NCBI GenBank assembly: GCA_035285125.1
Contig: JAYKHR010000105.1
Location: forward strand, 1-34,811
DNA length: 34,811 nucleotides
From: Candidatus Sericytochromatia bacterium
GTDB lineage: Bacteria > Cyanobacteriota > Sericytochromatia > S15B-MN24 > JAQBPE01
Direction: 5' to 3'
The translations under genes and the position numbers were made by a program. Shown piece by piece: positions 1 to 7,955 of the stretch. Position 1 is the stretch's first letter. Every line of letters starts with the position of its first letter. A model generated the notes under the pieces. That model ran no database searches. It was not told the DNA's origin and was given only the letters and a program-made list of their open reading frames with translations.

Positions 1-495
1 GCAGCAGGTACCGGCGCTCCTTGCCCAGCAGCCACACCAGCGGCCAGTCCTGCCCGCGCGGCTTGAAGCCCGTGCTGGCATACAGCGCCCCGGCCGGCCG
101 CCGCCATGGTAGGTCCCCCCGCCGTGAGGCCCGGGCGCGCCACCGCCTTGGTAGGCCCCCCCTCCGTGCTGCCCCGGCCGCATTCCGCCGTGGTGGCTGC
201 CGGCGCCGCCCCAGCCGGCGGGGCGCCCGCTGGTCCCGACGAAGAAGGAGCCGCCGCCGCGCCCCCCGTGGGTCATCAGCGCGTAGGGGGCCCCCGCGTC
301 GCCGACGCCCGGCGCTTGCTGAAGCACGCCCACGTCACCCGGCGCGATGGAGCGAGGCAGCTGGGCCCTGGCGACGCCCACGTCTGACCGCGCTGTCACC
401 CCCTCAGGGCCCGTGCCCACCCCACACGCCGTCAGGGCCAGGGCCGCCAGCAGGGCCCCTCCCGTCGCGCCGTGTTCGATCCGAGTTCTTGGCAT
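1..495 (-). CDS. Lipoprotein with Gly/His-rich low-complexity region; runs off the left edge; probable 1-nt frameshift at ~88-91
   Basis: Translated by hand; missing from the ORF track because there is no stop in the window. ATG at 495 with GGAGG (503-507) 7 nt upstream. Sequence MPRTRIEHGATGGALLAALALTA-C (lipobox, Cys24)...AQLPRSIAPGD...PYALMTHGGRGGG...HGGGAYQGGG...HGGGTYHGGG. Confidence 0.75.
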   Translation of the reverse strand, partial: MPRTRIEHGATGGALLAALALTACGVGTGPEGVTARSDVGVARAQLPRSIAPGDVGVLQQAPGVGDAGAPYALMTHGGRGGGSFFVGTSGRPAGWGGAGSHHGGMRPGQHGGGAYQGGGAPGPHGGGTYHGGGRPGRCMPARASSRAGRTGRWCGCWARSAGTCC

Positions 496-764
496 CGCTC
501 GTCCTCCCGCATCCACCAGCGCCCATCCACCGGGACCCAACTGGGGGCTCCGTGCGCTGGGTCTGCTCCACGCTAGCCGCCGCCGGCAGCGTCTCCAACC
601 CTTCGTCTTCAGCCGCGACACCCCAAAAACCCCTGCGGGGACTGAGCCGCCGCCAAATCCAGGCTGTGAAGGCGGCGTTGTGCGGTTCGCCCCGCGGATC
701 TAGGCTCGGCCCATCACCGATCCGAGGGGGTCGGCGTGCATCACGGTGAGACAGGAGGTTTGCG

Positions 765-1286
765 ATGAGGATGCTGTTGGGGAGGAGCGTCGCGGCGCTG
801 CTGGCCGCGACGATGGTGGGCTGCGGCGCCGGGCAGGGCCCCGCCGCTCAGGGAGAGGCAGGTGGCGCGCCACCTGCAGGCCGGACGTTGCTGAGCGTCG
901 ACCGGATGCCGCCTGCCGAGGCGGCCAACCCGGAGGCGGCGATGGCCAACCTGCCGGCGTCCATCTCGGTGGAGGAGGCGGCAGGTCGGCTGGTGACGAT
1001 CGACGAGGCTGCGATCGTGGCGCCCGACGCAAGCAGCGGCGAGAGTCGGTCCATCTCGCCCTACAGGCTCGGCTACTACGGTCGCCACCGCTTCTGGAAC
1101 TGGGGGTATGCCCCTTACTGGGGTTCGGCTTGGAGGGCCTACAACTACCTGCCGGCAGGGAACTATATGTTCCCCTACTATCTCTCAGACGGCCGGTACT
1201 GGCGCTACACCTCCAGCCTCTCCCCATACTTCTATCGGTACGGCGGGGCCTACTGGCCTTACTATGCCGGGTACCGCTGGTTCTGA
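765..1286 (+). CDS. Lipoprotein with Tyr/Trp/Gly/Arg-rich C-terminal domain
   Basis: AGGAGG at 753-758. Hydrophobic signal ending TMVG-C (Cys20). The last 74 aa contain 19 Tyr, 7 Trp and 4 Phe. Confidence 0.85.
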   Translation: MRMLLGRSVAALLAATMVGCGAGQGPAAQGEAGGAPPAGRTLLSVDRMPPAEAANPEAAMANLPASISVEEAAGRLVTIDEAAIVAPDASSGESRSISPYRLGYYGRHRFWNWGYAPYWGSAWRAYNYLPAGNYMFPYYLSDGRYWRYTSSLSPYFYRYGGAYWPYYAGYRWF

Positions 1287-1303
1287 ACGGCCCATTGAAC
1301 GCC

Positions 1304-1333
1304 AAAAGGCCCCCCGCGAATCCGCGGGGGGCC
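1304..1333 (-). terminator. Rho-independent terminator of the tRNA operon, possibly bidirectional
   Basis: Perfect 11-bp stem GGCCCCCCGCG/CGCGGGGGGCC (1308-1318/1323-1333) with a 4-nt loop, followed by TTTT on the minus strand; lies between convergent units. Confidence 0.85.
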
Positions 1334-1344
1334 ACCATAGTCAG

Positions 1345-1416
1345 AGCCCCAGAGCAGGATTGAACTGCCGACCTCACCCTTACCAAGGGTGTGCTCTACC
1401 ACTGAGCTACCGGGGC
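1345..1416 (-). tRNA. tRNA-Thr(GGT), CCA not encoded
   Basis: Reverse complement GCCCCGGTAGCTCAGTGGTAGAGCACACCCTTGGTAAGGGTGAGGTCGGCAGTTCAATCCTGCTCTGGGGCT folds as a cloverleaf with anticodon GGT. Confidence 0.97.
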
Positions 1417-1420
1417 GAAA

Positions 1421-1505
1421 TGGTGGGAGGAGGTGGATTCGAACCACCGAAGGCAGAGCCGTCTGATTTACAGTCAGATCCCTTTGGCCACTCGGGCATC
1501 CTCCC
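1421..1505 (-). tRNA. tRNA-Tyr(GTA)
   Basis: GGGAGGATGCCCGAGTGGCCAAAGGGATCTGACT-GTA-AATCAGAC...GGTTCGAATCCACCTCCTCCCACCA; long variable arm, CCA encoded. Confidence 0.97.
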
Positions 1506-1531
1506 AAAAGGTGTTTATTCAGTTTTCAAGG

Positions 1532-1607
1532 TGGAGCCGGCGACTGGAATCGAACCCGCAACCGCCTGATTACAAATCAGGTGCTCTACCGATTGAGCTA
1601 CGCCGGC
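1532..1607 (-). tRNA. tRNA-Thr(TGT)
   Basis: GCCGGCGTAGCTCAATCGGTAGAGCACCTGATT-TGT-AATCAGGCGGTTGCGGGTTCGATTCCAGTCGCCGGCTCCA. Confidence 0.97.
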
Positions 1608-1619
1608 GCTCTTGGGGTC

Positions 1620-1649
1620 ATCCTAACAGGTGCCACGGGCGAACGTCAA
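1620..1649 (-). promoter_or_regulatory. Sigma70-type promoter of the tRNA operon
   Basis: TTGACG-N18-TAGGAT with a TG extended -10, 12 nt upstream of the first tRNA. Confidence 0.75.
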
Positions 1650-1679
1650 CGCCCCGGATCCCCGCGCCGACAGTCGGTC

Positions 1680-1688
1680 TGGTATGAT
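1680..1688 (+). promoter_or_regulatory. Extended -10 promoter of the sugar ABC operon
   Basis: TG-G-TATGAT, about 30 nt upstream of the ATG. Confidence 0.55.
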
Positions 1689-1717
1689 TCCGGAGCCAAC
1701 CTCCCCCCTGCCCACCA

Positions 1718-2866
1718 ATGAGCACGCCCGCCATGGCCGAGATCGAACTCCGACGCGTCGTGAAGCGATACGGGGACCACCCCGTGGTCAGAGACCTCTC
1801 CTTGCGCATCGAGGACGGAGAGTTCCTGGTGCTCGTGGGCGCCAGCGGCTGCGGCAAGTCCACCACCCTGCGGATGATCGCGGGGCTCGAGACGGCGGAC
1901 GGCGGGGACCTGCTGATCGGGCAGCGCCGCGTCAACGACGTCCCCCCCCGCGACCGCGATCTCGCGATGGTGTTTCAGAGCTACGCGCTCTATCCGCACC
2001 TCTCGGTGGCCGACAACATCGGCTTCAGCCTGGAGCTGCGGGGCGTGCCCCGCGACCAGATCCGGACCAGGGTGCAGCAGGCAGCGGCCAGCCTCCAGCT
2101 CGAGGCCCTGCTTGACCGCAAGCCCAAGGCCCTGTCGGGCGGCCAGCGCCAGCGCGTGGCGCTCGCCCGAGCGATCGTGCGCGAGCCTCAAGCCTTCCTG
2201 ATGGACGAGCCCCTCTCGAACCTGGACGCCAAGCTGAGGGCGGAGACCCGCGTGGAGCTGAAGCGTCTCCACCAGAGGCTCCGCACCACCACGGTCTACG
2301 TCACCCACGACCAGACTGAGGCGATGACGATGGGAGACCGCATCGCGGTGATGCAGCTTGGTGAGGTCGCCCAGCTCGCCACCCCGCGAGAGGTCTACGA
2401 GGCGCCGGCGAACCTGTTTGTGGCAGGTTTCATCGGGAGCCCAGGAATGAACGTGCTGCGTGGGAGCCTCGTGGCTTCGGGCGACGGCGTCATCTTCAGG
2501 CTCGGGAGCCAGGCGCTGCAGTTGCGCGGCGTCCCACCGGAGTCCGTGTCGGGCCTCCTCGCCGGAGAGGCGTTGCTGGGTCTGCGCCCGGAGACCCTGG
2601 TACCGGCTCCCGCCGGTGCGGGGGAGACCTCGCTGGCGGGGACCGTCGACGTGGTCGAGCCGTCCGGCTCCCGGACCTACGTGCACATGACGTGCGAGGG
2701 ACAGCGGCTGGTCACAGACCTCGACACGCTGGATGCGCCCGCCGTGCGGCCGGGCGAGACGCTCACGCTCGGGGTTCGGGCCGACCAGCTGCATCTCTTC
2801 GACCCGACCACCGAGCGGGCGGTCCTGCACACCAGCCGCCTGGCCCGTGAGGCCGCCCGCGCATGA
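1718..2866 (+). CDS. malK: Sugar ABC transporter ATP-binding protein (MalK/MsmX/UgpC family)
   Basis: Walker A GASGCGKST, signature LSGGQRQR, Walker B FLMDEP, H-loop YVTHDQ, C-terminal TOBE region. Start may be the ATG at 1733. Confidence 0.95.
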   Translation: MSTPAMAEIELRRVVKRYGDHPVVRDLSLRIEDGEFLVLVGASGCGKSTTLRMIAGLETADGGDLLIGQRRVNDVPPRDRDLAMVFQSYALYPHLSVADNIGFSLELRGVPRDQIRTRVQQAAASLQLEALLDRKPKALSGGQRQRVALARAIVREPQAFLMDEPLSNLDAKLRAETRVELKRLHQRLRTTTVYVTHDQTEAMTMGDRIAVMQLGEVAQLATPREVYEAPANLFVAGFIGSPGMNVLRGSLVASGDGVIFRLGSQALQLRGVPPESVSGLLAGEALLGLRPETLVPAPAGAGETSLAGTVDVVEPSGSRTYVHMTCEGQRLVTDLDTLDAPAVRPGETLTLGVRADQLHLFDPTTERAVLHTSRLAREAARA

Positions 2867-4080
2867 CCCGCCCGAGTCTTCGCTTCACCCGCGCGTTGAC
2901 GGCCGCCCTGTTGCTCGCCCTGACGGGCTGCGACACTGGCTCGGGCGACCACACCCTGGTCCTGTGGCACGCCTGGGGGGGCCGCGAGCTCGACACCCTG
3001 AAGGGGCTCATCACCCGCTTCGAGGCCCGCTACCCCGGCGTGGAGGTGCTGCCTCTCCAGGTTCCCTACGACAAGCTGCGGGACAAGTTCATCCGCTCCG
3101 CGGCGGCCAACGGGGGGCCCGACGTGGTGATCGGCGACGCGGACTGGTCGGCGCGGTTCGCCGCGTCGGACCTCGCGACACCGGTAGACGAGCTGTTCAC
3201 GGCTGCCGAGTTGCAACGCTTCGCCCCTGGCACGCTGGACGCCCTGCGCTACGACGGCCGGCTGTACGCCCTGCCCGAGTCCCGAGAGACGGTGGCGCTC
3301 TATTACAACAAGGACCTGGTTGCCACCCCACCCGGCAACGTCGAGGACTGGTTCCGCGAAGCCTCGATCGTGTCAGCCAATGGCAAGGGCACGGGCTTCG
3401 TGCTGAAGGCCGACTTTTATTTCAACATGGGGTACTACTTCGGCGCGGGGGGCCGGCTGTTCGGGCAGGATGGCCGCGTGGACGTGGCGAGCCCGGCGGG
3501 CCGAGACCTGCTCTCGCTCGTCTCCCGCTTCGCCCGCTCGCCCGGCGTGATCGTGAGCCCCGAGTATGCCAAGCCGGACGCGATGTTCAAGGCCAGGTCC
3601 GCGGCCATGATCGTCAACGGCCCCTGGGCACTCGTCGACTACCAGGCTGCGCTGGGAGACGCGCTGGGCGTCGCCACCTTGCCGCGGCTGGCGGATGGCC
3701 GCCCCGCGGCCAGCTGGGTGGGCGTGAAGTGCCTGATGTTCAACCGCAACTCGGATCCCGCACATCGAAAGCTGGCACACGACTTCGGTGCCTTCGTGAC
3801 CGAACCGGAGAGCCAGGCCCAACTGGCGCAGCAAGCTGGTCACATCCCGGCGGTCACGGGGTACACCGCCCGTGAGGGAAGCCCCCTCGCCACCTTCGCA
3901 GCCCAGGCGGACGTCGGCACCCCGGTGTCCATCCGGCCCGAGGTGGCCGCCATCTGGGAGCCGATGGACCGAGCCGTCCGCAAGGTCGTGCAGGGGGAGG
4001 CTGAAGCCCCCGCAGCCCTCGAGGAGGCCAACGTGACCATCCAGGCGCGGATCGACGCGATGCGCAAGCCCCGTCCCTGA
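2863..4080 (+). CDS. malE: Maltose/maltodextrin-type ABC substrate-binding lipoprotein
   Basis: Lipobox LTG-C; GPDV, YALP, LYYNKDL and MIVNGPW motifs of SBP family 1; 4-bp overlap with the ATPase gene. Exact sugar is uncertain. Confidence 0.9.
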   Translation: MTRPSLRFTRALTAALLLALTGCDTGSGDHTLVLWHAWGGRELDTLKGLITRFEARYPGVEVLPLQVPYDKLRDKFIRSAAANGGPDVVIGDADWSARFAASDLATPVDELFTAAELQRFAPGTLDALRYDGRLYALPESRETVALYYNKDLVATPPGNVEDWFREASIVSANGKGTGFVLKADFYFNMGYYFGAGGRLFGQDGRVDVASPAGRDLLSLVSRFARSPGVIVSPEYAKPDAMFKARSAAMIVNGPWALVDYQAALGDALGVATLPRLADGRPAASWVGVKCLMFNRNSDPAHRKLAHDFGAFVTEPESQAQLAQQAGHIPAVTGYTAREGSPLATFAAQADVGTPVSIRPEVAAIWEPMDRAVRKVVQGEAEAPAALEEANVTIQARIDAMRKPRP

Positions 4081-4093
4081 GGATCTCGGTTCG

Positions 4094-4987
4094 ATGCACC
4101 CGACTGCCCGCCTGGCCTACCTCTACATCGCCCCGGCTGTCCTCCTGATGGCCGCCATCACGTTCTATCCGATGCTCTACGGTGTCTGGATGGCCTTCAC
4201 CAACTTCGGTCCCGAGCACATCCGTCACCAGAACCCGGACTTCGTGGGCCTGGCGAACTTCTCGAAGCTGCTGGCCGGCGGGGCCGAGTTGAACGCAAGC
4301 TTCCCCAAGGTGTTGGGCTTCACCCTGCTCTGGACCGCGGCCAACCTGGTGTTCCACGTGACGATCGGTGTCGCGCTGGCGTTGCTGCTGAACCGCGAGG
4401 GGCTCCGCGGCAAGCGCCTGTACCGGGCGCTGCTCATCTTGCCCTGGGCCGTGCCCGTCTACGTCACGGCGCTCGTCTGGCGCAACATGTTCGATGCCCA
4501 GTCCGGCGCGCTCAACCTGATGCTGCAGGGCATCGGCCTGCCTGGCGTCGAGTGGATGGCCTCGTTCCCGACGGCCTTCGCGGCCGTGCTGCTCACGAAC
4601 ATCTGGCTGGGCTTCCCCTTCATGATGATGGTCGCCACGGGCGGCCTGCAGGCCATCCCCAAGGACTACTACGAGGCGGCCAGCATCGACGGGGCCTCCG
4701 CCTGGACGCAGTTCTGGACCATCACGGTGCCGATGCTCAGGCCGACGATGCTGCCCGCCATCACGCTGGGGGCCGTCTGGACCTTCAACAACTTCCACGT
4801 GATCTACTTCGTCTCGCGGGGAGAGCCCTTCGGTGCCACCGAGATCCTGGTCACGCAGGCTTACAAATTCGTCGACCCGATGGGGCTGTACGGCGTCGCG
4901 TCGGCCTTCTCGTTGCTGATCTTCTTCATCCTTTTCGGGCTGACGCAGCTGAACATGCGCCTGACCCGCGGTCTGGAGGACCACTGA
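4094..4987 (+). CDS. malF: Sugar ABC permease (MalF-like)
   Basis: Multiple TM segments, LILPWAVP, EAA loop YYEAASIDGAS. Confidence 0.93.
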   Translation: MHPTARLAYLYIAPAVLLMAAITFYPMLYGVWMAFTNFGPEHIRHQNPDFVGLANFSKLLAGGAELNASFPKVLGFTLLWTAANLVFHVTIGVALALLLNREGLRGKRLYRALLILPWAVPVYVTALVWRNMFDAQSGALNLMLQGIGLPGVEWMASFPTAFAAVLLTNIWLGFPFMMMVATGGLQAIPKDYYEAASIDGASAWTQFWTITVPMLRPTMLPAITLGAVWTFNNFHVIYFVSRGEPFGATEILVTQAYKFVDPMGLYGVASAFSLLIFFILFGLTQLNMRLTRGLEDH

Positions 4988-5850
4988 TGTCCCCGCGGCA
5001 GTTGAAGCGGCTCGGCGACGCCCTGGCCCACCTGGTCCTGGGAGCGTTTGCCCTGTTCGCCGTGTTCCCCGTCTGGTGGGTCGTGGCGATGGCGCTGGAC
5101 CCCAACAGCGTGGCCGCCCCGACGAAGCTCGTGCTGATCCCGGACGGCGTCTCCTTTGCCTCGTTCGCGCGCGTCATCGCCCAACCCACGGAGGTGGAGG
5201 GGCTGACGTTCGGCCGGCTACTCTGGAACAGCGTGGTGCTCTCGGCGGGCACCACCGTGATCGGGATCGGGTTGGGGGCGACGGCGGCCTATGCCTTCAG
5301 CCGCTTCCGCTTCCCCGGCCGCGCAGCGGGCCTGCAGAGCTTCCTGGTCCTCCAGATGTTTCCGGCCGTCGCCACCGTCGCACCCCTCTACGTGCTGCTG
5401 TCCTCCCTCCACATCCGCACCAGCCTCTTCGGCCTCGCGATCGCCTACGCCGCCGGCACCCTGCCCTTCGCCATCTGGAACATGAAGGGCTACTTCGACA
5501 CCGTCCCGAAGGACCTCGAAGAGGCCGCCCTGATCGACGGCTGCACCCAGACGGGCGCCTTCTGGCGCATCATCCTGCCCCTGGCGGCCCCGGCCGTCGC
5601 CGTCACGGCGCTGTTCGGCTTCATGACCGGCTGGACGGAGATCGTGCTGGCCTGGACGATGTTGGAAAACCCGAAGACCTTCACCCTGGCCATGGCGCTG
5701 TACGGCATGGTCGGCCAGTACTCGACCACCAAGCCCTGGAGCGAGTTCGCAGCCATGGCGATCCTCATTTCCCTGCCTGTCGTGGTCGTCATGCTGCTCC
5801 TGCAGCGGTACATCGTTTCCGGCCTGACGAGCGGCGCCGTGAAGGGCTGA
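4987..5850 (+). CDS. malG: Sugar ABC permease (MalG-like)
   Basis: ATG overlaps the malF stop (TGATG); LQMFP, MKGYFDTVP-LEEAALIDG, C-terminal GLTSGAVKG. Confidence 0.93.
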   Translation: MSPRQLKRLGDALAHLVLGAFALFAVFPVWWVVAMALDPNSVAAPTKLVLIPDGVSFASFARVIAQPTEVEGLTFGRLLWNSVVLSAGTTVIGIGLGATAAYAFSRFRFPGRAAGLQSFLVLQMFPAVATVAPLYVLLSSLHIRTSLFGLAIAYAAGTLPFAIWNMKGYFDTVPKDLEEAALIDGCTQTGAFWRIILPLAAPAVAVTALFGFMTGWTEIVLAWTMLENPKTFTLAMALYGMVGQYSTTKPWSEFAAMAILISLPVVVVMLLLQRYIVSGLTSGAVKG

Positions 5851-5854
5851 CGCG

Positions 5855-6409
5855 GTGCGCGGCCGGGCGTTCCTGTCCACGCGTGAGCTGGTCGCCTTCG
5901 GCGCCGGCGGCCTGACGACCCTGGCCCTCGTCAGCCTCGGGCCGCTCCATGCGCGGGTCGTGCCGTCCGCATCGATGGCCCCGACGCTGATGCCCGGCGA
6001 CAGGCTCGCCATCCTGGACGCCAAGCCCCCCACGCCGGCGCGCGGAGAGATCGTTGTGTTCCACGCGCCCTTCAAGGCGTTGCCGGGGGAGCCCGCGTCC
6101 CCCAAGGGCCCCTTCGCGGAGGAGCCCCTGTACATCAAACGCGTCGTGGGCCTGCCGGGCGACACGGTGGCGGTGATTCCGGGTCGGGGCGTCCGCGTCA
6201 ACGGCCACCTGCTCGCGGAGCCCTACGTGCAGGCACACGCGCGCTATGCCTGGGGCCCGGCCGCGATCCCCTCCGGCCGGGTGTTCGTGCTGGGAGACAA
6301 CCGCAACGACTCTTTCGACAGCCACCACTGGGGCCTGTTACCCGTCTCACGGATCGTGGGGCGGCCGGCCGCGCTGTTCTGGCCGCCGCGCCGAACGCGG
6401 CTGTTCTGA
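5855..6409 (+). CDS. lepB: Signal peptidase I
   Basis: Catalytic Ser box PSASMAPTL, Lys box YIKRVVGLPGD, box E GDNRNDSFDSH. Confidence 0.93.
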   Translation: MRGRAFLSTRELVAFGAGGLTTLALVSLGPLHARVVPSASMAPTLMPGDRLAILDAKPPTPARGEIVVFHAPFKALPGEPASPKGPFAEEPLYIKRVVGLPGDTVAVIPGRGVRVNGHLLAEPYVQAHARYAWGPAAIPSGRVFVLGDNRNDSFDSHHWGLLPVSRIVGRPAALFWPPRRTRLF

Positions 6410-6425
6410 GCGGTCGCCGGCCGCA

Positions 6426-6449
6426 TGCTAAGATAGAACGTTCGTTCTA
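6426..6449 (+). promoter_or_regulatory. Extended -10 (TGcTAAGAT) overlapped by a LexA-type SOS box TAGAAC-GTTC-GTTCTA
   Basis: Inverted repeat GAAC-N4-GTTC at 6434-6449 directly upstream of radA; matches the Bacillus/Actinobacteria/Chloroflexi LexA consensus. Confidence 0.8.
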
Positions 6450-6468
6450 ATCCGTCGCGGAGGTAGCC

Positions 6469-7890
6469 ATGGCCAAGCTGAAGACCCGGTACGTGTGCCA
6501 GGCCTGCGGCGCCGAGCAGGCGCGCTGGTTCGGCAAGTGCCCGGACTGCGACGCCTGGAACACCCTGGTCGAGGAGGCCGTGGCGCCCGTGGCGAGCGCG
6601 AAGGCCGGTGCCACGCCACCGCTGGCCTCTCGCAACCGGCCGGTGCCGATGGCGCAGGTCGCGATCACCGAAGAGGAACGCTTCACCTCGGGCCTCGGCG
6701 AGCTGGACCGGGTGCTTGGCGGCGGCATCGTGCCGGGCTCGCTGGTGCTGCTGGGGGGAGACCCCGGCATCGGCAAGTCGACGCTGCTGCTGCAGGTGGC
6801 CCAGCAGGTGGCGGCCTCCGGGCTGACAGTGCTCTACGCCTCTGGCGAGGAGAGCGCGCGCCAGATCCGCCTTCGCGCAAGGCGTCTGGGCGCGGAGCAC
6901 GAGAATCTCCACGTGCTGGCGGAGACGGACGTGCGGAGCATCCAGGCCGCCATCCTCGAGCTGCGCCCGGCCTGGGCCGTGGTGGACTCGATCCAGGCCG
7001 TCTACGACCCCGAGGCCAACGCGCTGCCCGGCAGCGTCAGCCAGGTGCGCGCCGCCACCGGCAGCCTGATGAAGCTGGCGAAGGAAGAGGGCATCGCCAC
7101 CTGCCTGGTCGGCCACGTCACCAAGGAGGGCACGCTGGCTGGCCCGCGGGTGCTGGAGCACATGGTGGACACCGTGCTGTACTTCGAGGGCGATCGTTTC
7201 AAGAGCCACCGCCTGATCCGCGGCGTGAAGAACCGCTTCGGCGCCACGAACGAGGTGGGCGTCTTCGAGATGGTCGCGAGCGGCCTGCGCGAGGTGACCA
7301 ACCCCTCCGAGCTGTTCCTGGCCGAGCGGGCACCGGATGCCAGCGGCTCGGCGATCGTGGCGACCATGGAGGGCACGCGCCCCCTGCTGGTGGAGGTCCA
7401 GGCGCTGGTCAGCCCGAGCGCCCTGGCCCAACCCCGCCGAAGCGCCACGGGCCTGGAGTACAACCGGCTCGTGCAGATCCTGGCCGTGCTGGAGAAGCGC
7501 GTCGGGCTGAGCCTGGCGAAGGCCGACACCTACCTGAACGTGGTCGGCGGCATCGACATCACGGAGCCGGCCGCGGACCTTGCCGTCGCCCTGGCCGTGG
7601 CCTCCAGCCTGCGAGATGTGGCGCTGCCCGCTGGCCTGGTCGCCCTCGGCGAGGTCGGGCTCAACGGGGAAATCAGGGCCGTGTCGGGGCTCGAGGCCCG
7701 CCTGAAGGAGGCCGCCAAGCTCGGCTTCACGACGGCGGTCGTGCCCCGCCACAACCTCGGCGGAGTGCCGACGCCACCCGGGCTGCGCGTCGTGGGGGTG
7801 ACCAGGTTGATGGAGGCCATCCTCAAGGCGCTGGGGGTGGACGGCGAGGGGCCCCAGCCCGATAAGGGCCCGATTCCAGCGGGTATGTAG
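6469..7890 (+). CDS. radA: DNA repair protein RadA/Sms
   Basis: C4 zinc finger CQAC..CPDC, Walker A GDPGIGKST, KNRFG motif, Lon-like C-terminal domain; GGAGG RBS. Confidence 0.98.
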   Translation: MAKLKTRYVCQACGAEQARWFGKCPDCDAWNTLVEEAVAPVASAKAGATPPLASRNRPVPMAQVAITEEERFTSGLGELDRVLGGGIVPGSLVLLGGDPGIGKSTLLLQVAQQVAASGLTVLYASGEESARQIRLRARRLGAEHENLHVLAETDVRSIQAAILELRPAWAVVDSIQAVYDPEANALPGSVSQVRAATGSLMKLAKEEGIATCLVGHVTKEGTLAGPRVLEHMVDTVLYFEGDRFKSHRLIRGVKNRFGATNEVGVFEMVASGLREVTNPSELFLAERAPDASGSAIVATMEGTRPLLVEVQALVSPSALAQPRRSATGLEYNRLVQILAVLEKRVGLSLAKADTYLNVVGGIDITEPAADLAVALAVASSLRDVALPAGLVALGEVGLNGEIRAVSGLEARLKEAAKLGFTTAVVPRHNLGGVPTPPGLRVVGVTRLMEAILKALGVDGEGPQPDKGPIPAGM

Positions 7891-7955
7891 GACCCGGCCG
7901 CCAGGCTGCCTGCGCCAGACTCCCGGCGGAGCACCGGCGCCGAAGGGAGCCGCAT

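Noticed and set aside
21..749. Plus-strand ORFs 21-749, 106-387 and 347-703
   Set aside because: Arg/Pro-rich shadow frames; the minus-strand frame has an RBS, a lipobox and coding bias.
496..764. Riboswitch or ncRNA in the divergent intergenic region
   Set aside because: Only short GC stems; no recognisable conserved motif. An Rfam scan would be needed.
1286..1345. Genomic island integrated at the tRNA-Thr 3' end
   Set aside because: No integrase, no duplicated tRNA 3' end and no obvious compositional shift inside the window.
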